IMG/VR virus record: IMGVR_UViG_3300047444_000783
Coordinates: 45,587 to 109,586 of that record
DNA: 64,000 nt
Origin: a virus
Direction: 5' to 3' (one strand)
Shown: positions 20,764 through 29,062 of the stretch, piece after piece
Numbering within the stretch: the stretch's first letter is position 1
Layout: every line of letters starts with the position of its first letter
The notes under the pieces: model-generated
Seen by the model: the letters and a program-made list of their open reading frames with translations, nothing else
Database searches by the model: none
Told to the model about the DNA's origin: nothing
Made by a program: the position numbers and the translations under genes

Positions 20764-21194
20764 AAATCTAAATTCTCCGCATTCGGGTCCGAAATGATTG
20801 ACTGCATGAGTTCCTTAACTTCATCAACCGCCTTCAGGCCGGACGTCTCATTGGGCGAGAAGTGAATGATGTACGTGCGATTCTCGCCGGTCACGCCGAT
20901 CACGAGGATGGTCTCGACGCCGAGCGTCGGGCCGAGCATGCCCTTCAGGAGCGCCCCCAGCGCGTCCCGGTCGGCCTCGAGCGCGAGGTCCAAGGCGGGC
21001 CGCGGTTCAATCAGCCGGTTCATCGCCGTGTCGATCGACTCGTCCCGCTTCTTCATATCCATCGCCTGCAGGATGTACGACATCATCAGGAATCCGCCGG
21101 GAATCAACTGGGGCTTATCCTTGTGATAGTCGTTGATGAACTGGTGGCCCGCGTTGTTCAGGACAATCGCGAGTTCGGGCATCGTCAGAATCAT
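20760..21194 (-). CDS. Hypothetical protein
   Basis: Coupled ORF. Confidence 0.6.
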   Translation of the reverse strand: MILTMPELAIVLNNAGHQFINDYHKDKPQLIPGGFLMMSYILQAMDMKKRDESIDTAMNRLIEPRPALDLALEADRDALGALLKGMLGPTLGVETILVIGVTGENRTYIIHFSPNETSGLKAVDEVKELMQSIISDPNAENLDL

Positions 21195-21454
21195 TCAACT
21201 ACCCAGCCGAGCGAGAGTCGTTCCCTTAATCGAGGCAGGTTTATGGGAATGCACCGAGTCTCCTCGATTTCCATCCGATGGAGTTTCGCCAGACAGATAA
21301 ACGGCTCGCCCCAGGCGTTTGACACCATTCCGACTGGACATAGATGCTGCGCACATACGCGCAAGTCAAATTCGCTCGCGATCTCGCCGGTCGGTGGACT
21401 AACGGTTCTCTTTGGCATGCGCCGCTCCGCCCATTCCACTTGGTCTGGATTCAT
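21191..21454 (-). CDS. Hypothetical protein
   Basis: Coupled ORF. Confidence 0.55.
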   Translation of the reverse strand: MNPDQVEWAERRMPKRTVSPPTGEIASEFDLRVCAQHLCPVGMVSNAWGEPFICLAKLHRMEIEETRCIPINLPRLRERLSLGWVVE

Positions 21455-22377
21455 AACTTCTCCAACTCTTCGGTCATCCGCTGGATTCGCCGATCGTACG
21501 TATGCTCCCGATGGACCAGCCGCTGTCCCTCGACCGCGATCGCGCGGCGCTCGGCCTCGCGCGGGAGGTAGTACTCGATCAGCTTATGCAGCCCCTCAAA
21601 GTCGTGCCACCATACAAGATGTCGGTGATTCTCGAATTCATTCTCGAGGCCTGGCACGTACGCCGCCAGGAAGAATCCGCCGCACGCGAGCGTCAGATAC
21701 ACGCGGTCCGACCAGTAGCCAGGGACATTGTTGACGAAGTTATCGCCGATCACGATCTTGGACAGGTGGCAGACGGCCGCGAACTCGTTACCCCATAACT
21801 GGTGCCCAGGTTCGCCCCACTTCCGGAAGCCCTTATATCGTGCAAGTTCGTCGAACAGGCTTTGCCGGCGCTGCGTGTACGAACTCCCGATGAACGCCAG
21901 ATCGACGCCGTATGTCGACAGACCGTAGCGTATCGGCCTGAAGTCCGCCCGCGGGAGACCGTGCAGGCCCGGCACACACCCCTGGTGGAGTTCGACGCGG
22001 TTGATCCCGTGGAACGCATAGAACTTGTCGGCGTCCGTACCGTCCGTCTGAAAGGAGATATCGGCCTCGGTCGCCAGCGGCATGAACCATTCCCAGTTCT
22101 GCGGGTGCGCCATCCAGTCGAACGACCAGAGGGCGACCTTCATTCGCGTGTGCGCGCGCAGGCTTCGTAGATTTTCAGGTTGGACTTCCGGGGCCTTGGA
22201 GATCAGGAGATAGTCGGCACCGTACTTGTTCGCGATCTCGATGACCGGCTCTTCCTTGAACTCCCGGCGCCGCTGGATCCGCAGGCAGTGATGCCCATTG
22301 CGATCCAGCGCATCGGCGATCCAGTTTTCACAGTAGCCGAAATGTTGGAAGTCGCCATAATAAAGGAAGGTCGCCAT
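21451..22377 (-). CDS. CgeB-like glycosyltransferase (Glyco_trans_1_2)
   Basis: YWSDRVYLTLACGGF...RAIAVEG..HTYDRR. Confidence 0.88.
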   Translation of the reverse strand: MATFLYYGDFQHFGYCENWIADALDRNGHHCLRIQRRREFKEEPVIEIANKYGADYLLISKAPEVQPENLRSLRAHTRMKVALWSFDWMAHPQNWEWFMPLATEADISFQTDGTDADKFYAFHGINRVELHQGCVPGLHGLPRADFRPIRYGLSTYGVDLAFIGSSYTQRRQSLFDELARYKGFRKWGEPGHQLWGNEFAAVCHLSKIVIGDNFVNNVPGYWSDRVYLTLACGGFFLAAYVPGLENEFENHRHLVWWHDFEGLHKLIEYYLPREAERRAIAVEGQRLVHREHTYDRRIQRMTEELEKL

Positions 22378-22386
22378 CGAGCAATG

Positions 22387-22415
22387 GTTTTACGCGAAAC
22401 CTATCGTAGAGTCAA
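22387..22415 (-). promoter_or_regulatory. Sigma70-like promoter of the glycosylation cluster
   Basis: TTGACT-17 bp-TAAAAC, 9 nt before the ATG at 22377. Confidence 0.6.
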
Positions 22416-22446
22416 TTTAATTTCTTAAAGCAGAATAAACGGGCGA

Positions 22447-22485
22447 GAAAATAGCCAGCGGTCGCGTTCTCACCTACCGCTGGCT
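22447..22485 (-). terminator. Intrinsic terminator after the capsid operon
   Basis: AGCCAGCGGT/ACCGCTGGCT stem followed by ATTTTCT. Confidence 0.65.
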
Positions 22486-22489
22486 GTCT

Positions 22490-22735
22490 TTAGTGGTTGT
22501 CTGCGTAGACGACGAGATTGCCGGTTAACGTACCACCGCTCTGAAGGGTAATCGTCTTTCCTGAGATCGTCACCCCTGACGATGCGTTGGTCGTTGGCGT
22601 GAATTCCGCGTTGATAACCGCCGCGTATTCACTCACGAACGTATCACCATTGCCCCATGTCACGTTCGTAATCTCGATCGCCGTACGACCGAAAACGTCG
22701 ACATACCGGTCCGCATTTTCGACTGCTGCTGGCAT
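22490..22735 (-). CDS. Small virion protein
   Basis: Follows capsid genes; AGGAG RBS. Confidence 0.55.
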   Translation of the reverse strand: MPAAVENADRYVDVFGRTAIEITNVTWGNGDTFVSEYAAVINAEFTPTTNASSGVTISGKTITLQSGGTLTGNLVVYADNH

Positions 22736-22793
22736 AGATTGTTCTCCTTTCTTTTAAGAGTGTAAGAGCGGCCCGGTTGCCCGGGCCGGATTC

Positions 22794-23354
22794 TTACCAA
22801 TCCATGTTCATTAACAGCGCCGGGACCTGACCGGCGACACACGCACCGACGACGCGAGCCGCCGGAACGTTCGTGACCGTCGATCCGTCCGCGATAACGG
22901 CGAACTGGTTGTCCGTCGTCGACCCGATCAGGATGTTCGACTGGGCCGTGACGCCGGTACCGACGCACTGCGCGACTCCGCCTACCTGAACCCACGTATA
23001 GAACGCGACGAGCGGTAGCGTGATCGTGAACGGACCCATGACGCCCTGAACCTGCAGGGAACTCGTCGCACCCGTACCATCGTAGTCGGTTGCGAGAGTG
23101 ATGACCGGCACGGTCGTGCCCGGTACTCCGCCTGGCGTAAACGTCAGTGCGTACAGCGGGGCGCCTGCGACAGGAACGACCGTCACGTCGATTTTCACGT
23201 ACCGGATGACGATGTTTCCGTAGCGGACTTTACCGCCGATTGGGTTCTTCGGCGTCAGGTCGGCCTGGTTGTACCAACCCAATGGGCTGATCTGCGGCTG
23301 GGCAATCGCAATATTGCCGTACGTTCCGCCGGGGACTAGACTTGGCTGTGTCAT
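22794..23354 (-). CDS. Capsid decoration/cement-like protein
   Basis: Directly after the major capsid gene; YTWVQVGG motif. Confidence 0.55.
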   Translation of the reverse strand: MTQPSLVPGGTYGNIAIAQPQISPLGWYNQADLTPKNPIGGKVRYGNIVIRYVKIDVTVVPVAGAPLYALTFTPGGVPGTTVPVITLATDYDGTGATSSLQVQGVMGPFTITLPLVAFYTWVQVGGVAQCVGTGVTAQSNILIGSTTDNQFAVIADGSTVTNVPAARVVGACVAGQVPALLMNMDW

Positions 23355-23369
23355 TGTTTTATCCTCCCC

Positions 23370-24356
23370 TTAGCTCAGCGTTGGGATGTTGGTAAGACGG
23401 AAGTTGTACCGTGGGTTCGCCACGATAATATTTCCGGCCCAGAGGTACTGACCACTTCGGTCATCCGAATTGTAGATTTCCTTGAAGCCGGTGAACCCAA
23501 ACTGGTACCGCTTCAGGGTCGAAGTGAAGAACATCAGGTTCTCCTGCTTCGTGTTCATTCCGTACATGCTGCCGGCAGGGGAATACTGGTCGACAACAAC
23601 CTGGGCGCCAATGAAATTGAACGAGCGGAAGCCGGCTTTCGCCACATCCGAGGACTCCTCGTTGAACCGCTGCATCGGCTGCAGTTTGTTGAAGAACCAG
23701 TTCCACGAGTTCTGATCCGATACCAGCATGTCCACATGCTGCACACCGAACCAGCAACTACCCATCGCGAGTTCGACCGCCTTCAGGGAGAAGCCGCTCG
23801 AGAGCGATGCTACGTATCCGTTGGCACCCTGGTTGTTCGTGCCGTTCGATACGCCGAGGTCCGTGCGGGTGATACCGCCGACCGTCGTGAAGAGGGATCC
23901 GTTGTCGAACCACTGATTGAAGCCGTCGACGGATTTCGTGCTGCTGCTCGTACCGAGACCGTCCAAATACATGTCGGTCGCGATCAGCTTCGCCATCTTG
24001 CCAGCCGCGTTGGCCAATTTGCTGCCAACGAACGGGACGGCCTGCATCGGTCCGCGTGCCAGAACGTCGTCCGTGCCGTAGAGCGACACGTTGACGTAAT
24101 AGAACTTCGGATCGACAGCGAATGCTGTGTCAGTCTGAACGTAATCCGTATTGAAGGTTTCCCCGCGTCCGAACGGTCCGCCGTTCAACTCCGCGTAGCC
24201 GATGTTCTGGCGAATTTTGATGCCACCATCGAACTGCTGGCCGTTGTTCGTGCGAATACGAACGAAGACGGGAGAACTCTTGTATACGACGTCCGCTACA
24301 GTGGGGATGATTTTGTCCTGAACTTTTCCGTTCAAGTCTTCCCACGTTAACGCCAT
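23370..24356 (-). CDS. Major capsid protein
   Basis: 328 aa HK97-fold-like sequence (GFRSFNFIGAQVVVD); follows the scaffold gene; strong RBS. Confidence 0.85.
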   Translation of the reverse strand: MALTWEDLNGKVQDKIIPTVADVVYKSSPVFVRIRTNNGQQFDGGIKIRQNIGYAELNGGPFGRGETFNTDYVQTDTAFAVDPKFYYVNVSLYGTDDVLARGPMQAVPFVGSKLANAAGKMAKLIATDMYLDGLGTSSSTKSVDGFNQWFDNGSLFTTVGGITRTDLGVSNGTNNQGANGYVASLSSGFSLKAVELAMGSCWFGVQHVDMLVSDQNSWNWFFNKLQPMQRFNEESSDVAKAGFRSFNFIGAQVVVDQYSPAGSMYGMNTKQENLMFFTSTLKRYQFGFTGFKEIYNSDDRSGQYLWAGNIIVANPRYNFRLTNIPTLS

Positions 24357-24482
24357 AACTTAGTCTCCTTTGAAAAATTTGGGTCTGTCCATGTGACCAC
24401 TGTCGCTAAATCGACGGTCTGACTGACCTTCCGGGCTGGCCGGCCTCGGTTACGGTCGCAAACTAAGTCGTGGCGTTGGTCG

Positions 24483-25364
24483 TTAAAATTTGCCCTCGTT
24501 GACAAGTTCCTGGCCGGCCGCAGCCGCCGCTTCCTGCCACGTGGCGTATCCTTTGTCACCCGTGCCGCCGCTCGTGCGGTTGCGCTCCTGCTCCAGCCGT
24601 AACTCGAGCGGTCCGCGTCCTGGCGCTCCTGGACCACCCGGTCCGCCGCCGCCTGGCACGTTCTGATTCGTGTTGTGCTTTTCAGCCCATTCCTTTTCCC
24701 ACTGAGCGCGCTCGAGTTTCTTGAGTTCGTCCGCGTTCTTGGCCGTGTAGGCTTCGGATAGATCGAGGTTCTTACCGAGAGCCGCCTGATCGTTCGTGAA
24801 CTTGATCAACTCGGTGATCTCGGCCTTCGTCATGCGCTTGCCGAACTTCTCGATGTGGCTGGCCTGGATTTCGTTGATCGTCAGGATCTGGTCGCCGATA
24901 AATCCAATCCCGTCCTGCCATTTCTTATTCAACTCGTCTGGCGTCACGACGCTCTTCAGCCGCTCCTGGAGACCAGTGATGCCGGCGCTGAGTTTCGCGA
25001 TTTCCTTGGATACCGCATCCTCTTCAGCGGGCGTCCGCTCGCCACCGCGGCCCGATCCGCCAGCGGCTTCGAGTTCGGCGATTCGTGCCTGGGCTGCCGT
25101 GACCGCGTCATTCGCCTTCTTGACTTCGTCTTTCCATGCGGTGACAGCGGCATTCGATTTGTCGTAAAAGTCTTTGTTCTTGACGTCCCAATCGGCTTTC
25201 TCAGCCTTCAGGGCATTCGCCTGGCGGGTGTAATCTTCGCGCGACATCCACAGATTCTGAACATCGGCCGGCGCGTCCTCGAGCGTGGCAATCAGGTTCG
25301 CTCGGTACTTCTCGTCCATCTGCGTCTTTTCAAGCTGCTCTTTGAGTTTCGGATTAATTGGCAT
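24483..25364 (-). CDS. Capsid scaffolding protein
   Basis: Coiled-coil with REDYTRQ motif; upstream of the capsid gene. Confidence 0.7.
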   Translation of the reverse strand: MPINPKLKEQLEKTQMDEKYRANLIATLEDAPADVQNLWMSREDYTRQANALKAEKADWDVKNKDFYDKSNAAVTAWKDEVKKANDAVTAAQARIAELEAAGGSGRGGERTPAEEDAVSKEIAKLSAGITGLQERLKSVVTPDELNKKWQDGIGFIGDQILTINEIQASHIEKFGKRMTKAEITELIKFTNDQAALGKNLDLSEAYTAKNADELKKLERAQWEKEWAEKHNTNQNVPGGGGPGGPGAPGRGPLELRLEQERNRTSGGTGDKGYATWQEAAAAAGQELVNEGKF

Positions 25365-25591
25365 GGTCCCTCGCTTCCGGATCCTTCGCGGCCATCTCTG
25401 GCTAAGCGCTACGGACTAACGGCTACGCGTTTAATAAATTAAATTAACGTTTGACCGTCGTAAGGGAGGGTGTTAGGCTGGGGTTCTACTATCGTTCCCT
25501 GGCCGATCGCTCCCACGCGGTCGCCACTGAAAGCGGTCGGCCCGGCAAGGTCGGCCGCTTTTCTTTCTACAACTTTAGGCTAATCGGTCTG

Positions 25592-25786
25592 TCAAGAGCG
25601 GTTCCAAATCTCTGTCAAATCCTGCTTGACGCTCAGGTATGTGGGTGTGATTTTGAGGCGTTGGAGTTGCGTGAACGACAGGATGTACGAGCCGTTCCCG
25701 ACGATGATGCTCGTCAGACCGCCGGATGACGAGTTCGGGGTCGTGTCACCGAAATAGGTCTGACCGAAATAGAAGGCGCCGAACAT
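25592..25786 (-). CDS. Hypothetical protein
   Basis: Short ORF adjoining the GT gene. Confidence 0.5.
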   Translation of the reverse strand: MFGAFYFGQTYFGDTTPNSSSGGLTSIIVGNGSYILSFTQLQRLKITPTYLSVKQDLTEIWNRS

Positions 25787-26515
25787 TTACATACACTCCG
25801 ATGGGCACTCTCTGTGGGCGCGCCACTCATCCGCGTACGGCGCGTCCTCATATCCAATGACGTCCGGCACCCCTTCGGTGTAGTGGACGATCGCCGGGTC
25901 GAGATCGGGCGACGAATGGCCGGCCAGCCAGTTCCACTCCTCCGGCAGCCGTCCGATCTGGCTGTCATCCAACCAGCAGAACCGATGGAGGTCGCGGCCT
26001 GGCAGACTGTTCAGCGCCGTCAGCGTCAGCTTCTGGTGCGCCGGATGCTCGAGATTCCAGAGCATCACCGAACTCCAGTTCTTACGCGCGTACGGCAGTT
26101 GAGGGTCTCCGTCCTTCTTCGTAGGCGTCTGCGGTGTGTAATCGTGCTGGACTACCATCACCGCGTACTGTGGATGCGCCAGTTTGACCAACTCCGCAAT
26201 CCCGCGACGGAAGAGCACGTCACCATCGGTAAAGAGCGCCCAGCCCTTGGCCGGCAGCATCTGTGGTATGAAAAACCGTGCGATCGCATGGTCGGTCGAC
26301 ATCGGCGCATCCGATACGACATCCCAGAGGCGGCCGGACCGTAAAGCCTCGGCCTGCCGCATGACCGTCCGGCGCCAATAAAGGCTTGGGATCATCCGGT
26401 AGTAAAGCGGCTGCACGTCGACCGGCAGTTGCGTGGTGTACAGCAGCGAGTCCTTCGCAACCCTCCAGGCTTCCCGCTCGTGCGCGCTGTATCCGATAAA
26501 GACCGGGAAACTCAT
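25787..26515 (-). CDS. Glycosyltransferase (GT8-like GT-A)
   Basis: VFIGY, ALFTDGDVLF, RKNWSSVMLWN, HYTEGVP. Confidence 0.88.
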   Translation of the reverse strand: MSFPVFIGYSAHEREAWRVAKDSLLYTTQLPVDVQPLYYRMIPSLYWRRTVMRQAEALRSGRLWDVVSDAPMSTDHAIARFFIPQMLPAKGWALFTDGDVLFRRGIAELVKLAHPQYAVMVVQHDYTPQTPTKKDGDPQLPYARKNWSSVMLWNLEHPAHQKLTLTALNSLPGRDLHRFCWLDDSQIGRLPEEWNWLAGHSSPDLDPAIVHYTEGVPDVIGYEDAPYADEWRAHRECPSECM

Positions 26516-26655
26516 TCCGTCGGCTTGGCTTTGAGTGCCGCCCGGGCTGCCTTTAATTCGCCGAGATGACCTGTCTTAGCCAGGATGTCCGATCGAAGCG
26601 CATTGATCAGGTCGTTCAATTTTGCGAGTTCAGCCTGCTTTTCGTCTGCTGTCAT
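26512..26655 (-). CDS. Small coiled-coil protein
   Basis: MTADEKQAELAKL; AGGAG RBS. Confidence 0.5.
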   Translation of the reverse strand: MTADEKQAELAKLNDLINALRSDILAKTGHLGELKAARAALKAKPTE

Positions 26656-28009
26656 GCTTGTTCTCCTTCTTTGACTTTGGTGCGACAACGACATAAAGTT
26701 CGGCGCCGCGGGCGATAATCTGTCCAATCTTGAAAAACTTCTCGAGTTTCTTCCGCCACCAGGCCGCGCCCTTCTGGATCAGGTGCGTATTCCGGCCGTC
26801 CGGCAGTGTCTTGGCCGCCGGTCCGGTATTGATGGTGAAGAATCCCAACTGCCGCACGCAGCGACACAGATCGTCGAGTACGTAGAATAGTTTGTCAGGT
26901 TCGACGTGCTCAAGGACGTCCGTACAAATAACGAGGTCTGCCGATCTGGGCGACTCCTGCTTTCCCGGGATCCCTGGATCGTATTCATAGATGGGAAAGG
27001 CTAGCGCCTTCTGCAGTTGCGACTTCCCGCATCCGTAGTCCAGGACCGAGACCGGCCGGTCACTCTTCTTGGCCAACAGTCCGACCAGTTTCTGTACGGT
27101 CTCGGCATGCTTCCCACCGCCTACCCCGTACGCCAGGTTGTCCCGATGGAGTTGCGCGTTCAATTCTGCGTATTCCGCCGAAATCAATTCTGGCTTGGCG
27201 AACCCGATAACCGCCGGTGTGGCCGGTGCTCCGGACTTCTGCTGGTAATCCTTGGCCATCGCCTGGACGAGGCCTTCACCATAGAACGTCGCCTTAACAT
27301 CTGGCATCTGATCCAACTCGTGCCAGGTCTCCTGCGCGCAGTGCATCACCGAAGAATTTGTGAAATATTCCTTCCCTTTGTACTCCGTGATGGCCCAGTT
27401 CCTAGGTTGATTAGGATGAGCGGCGGCATGATTGCCAACGTCTTTGCGGAAACAGCCGTCCATGCCAAAGATATGAAGTTCAGTGAATCCCATAAAGCGG
27501 GCGATCGTAAGCGCCCTCAGCCCAACACTCGAACCGCCTGTGAGCGCCCACTCGCCAGCCGGCAGCACCCGATGCACGTCCTCGTGTGGCGAGAATACGT
27601 GCCACAGTTTGACATTGGCGCCGTGCTCCATAAGGTGTTCGATGTATTTGGGATGGCACGTCGAGGACGGCAGGTATTCGACCTCGGCATGTGGAAGCCC
27701 AAGCAATTCAACTTTATGATCGCGCGGATCTACTTCGACATGCCAACTTGGGACGATCCCGCGCTCGAGTAAGAACTTGTGAGCGCCCGAACAGGAGATG
27801 ATGAACGGGAAGCCCCGGACCTGTTCCCAGGTCTCGTTGAGAGATGGCCCGTAACAGACGATAGCTACAGGGTCCTGGCGCTTGTCGTAATTCGGCTGGA
27901 TACGTCCAGGCACTCGCGCGGAATTAACGCGCACCTGTTCATCGCGTAGCCAGAGAGGTACCGCGTATTGGACGTCCTGCTTTTCGTTGATATCGAGTCG
28001 CTTGCTCAT
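26630..28009 (-). CDS. MAF/MptE-like (DUF115) domain fused to methyltransferase
   Basis: VAIVCYGPSL...GSSVG...IFGMD; VLDYGCGK...CTDVLEHVEP. Confidence 0.8.
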   Translation of the reverse strand: MSKRLDINEKQDVQYAVPLWLRDEQVRVNSARVPGRIQPNYDKRQDPVAIVCYGPSLNETWEQVRGFPFIISCSGAHKFLLERGIVPSWHVEVDPRDHKVELLGLPHAEVEYLPSSTCHPKYIEHLMEHGANVKLWHVFSPHEDVHRVLPAGEWALTGGSSVGLRALTIARFMGFTELHIFGMDGCFRKDVGNHAAAHPNQPRNWAITEYKGKEYFTNSSVMHCAQETWHELDQMPDVKATFYGEGLVQAMAKDYQQKSGAPATPAVIGFAKPELISAEYAELNAQLHRDNLAYGVGGGKHAETVQKLVGLLAKKSDRPVSVLDYGCGKSQLQKALAFPIYEYDPGIPGKQESPRSADLVICTDVLEHVEPDKLFYVLDDLCRCVRQLGFFTINTGPAAKTLPDGRNTHLIQKGAAWWRKKLEKFFKIGQIIARGAELYVVVAPKSKKENKHDSRRKAG

Positions 28010-29058
28010 GCGTTGAATACTCCAGGCCGCGCTGCCATTTTTTGTGGCGTGAAAGACGCCGGGACCAGTGTGCCTTTCGTCCAGAAGTTGCCCAAGTTTA
28101 CCTGATTATTGTATTCCGTCGTAATCCAACTTGCCGATCTGGCGATGTTTGATAAATGGACTTCGTCGATCAGCCCGTTCCATTCACGGCCCGCTGTCCC
28201 AGGATCACGCCCGATCGTGGTGATGACCGTGCCTGAAACGATGGTCCCGTTTGCTGCGAACGTGCCGTCCGAGGCCGAATTTACATATACCACCAGTCCG
28301 GACACGCTGTCGTAGGTCATGGCGATATGAGTCAAAGTTCCCGTACTCACCGTGTGGCTGCCTGGATCAACAAGCACCGTCCCGGAATTCAGCGTCGTAT
28401 TGACATAGCACGCCATCTTACCCGTGCTCTTGACATGGAGGGCGGCGAAAATAGTATTCGCGGCGTCTTGACTGGTGAGCGGCGTATTGTAAGTAGCACT
28501 GAGCGTCGTGGGGTTAATCCAGCCACTCATCGTGATCGCGGCCGGCTGCGACACGGCAGTCTTATCCATGTATTGAGTGCTGGCGCTGGCAAAACTACCG
28601 GCATTACCGATCTGGCCGGATGCTGATGATGACACGCTATTGTGATTCGTCAGGGTGTTGCCGCCCTGTGATGCGTCGGTACCGGTCGATGGGTCGTGGT
28701 ATACGCCGTAAAAATTAGAATCCCAGACCGACGTGCTGCTGCCGTCTGTGGACACTGCGTTGTCGCCGACAGCCATGTAGACAGTAACTCCGTCCTGGGC
28801 CGTCGGCAGAAGAACCCACATTTCAAAAGCGCCGGTCGCCGCGCTGTACGAAACCAGTTGGAAGGTGAGTGCAACAGTTAGGCCGGAATCTGCGTAAGGA
28901 CGGATATCAAATCCGTCAGTGCGCGCTTTTCCGCCGTTCGCCACAGAGGCGAAATCGGCATCGCCAGCCAGGAAGGGGACCAGCGCCGGGAAATTGGTTT
29001 GAGCAGTCCCCGCCTGGCCTGTCTGGATCCGCACGCCCTTGTAGAAACCGAATGCCAT
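28006..29058 (-). CDS. DUF2341 + LamG/concanavalin-like domain protein
   Basis: GFDIR..FEMWV; WNGLIDEVHLSNIARSASWITTEYNNQ. Confidence 0.8.
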   Translation of the reverse strand: MAFGFYKGVRIQTGQAGTAQTNFPALVPFLAGDADFASVANGGKARTDGFDIRPYADSGLTVALTFQLVSYSAATGAFEMWVLLPTAQDGVTVYMAVGDNAVSTDGSSTSVWDSNFYGVYHDPSTGTDASQGGNTLTNHNSVSSSASGQIGNAGSFASASTQYMDKTAVSQPAAITMSGWINPTTLSATYNTPLTSQDAANTIFAALHVKSTGKMACYVNTTLNSGTVLVDPGSHTVSTGTLTHIAMTYDSVSGLVVYVNSASDGTFAANGTIVSGTVITTIGRDPGTAGREWNGLIDEVHLSNIARSASWITTEYNNQVNLGNFWTKGTLVPASFTPQKMAARPGVFNA

Positions 29059-29062
29059 GAGG

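Noticed and set aside
24357-24482. Structured RNA leader upstream of the major capsid gene
   Set aside because: Only short stems are visible; this cannot be supported without homolog covariation.
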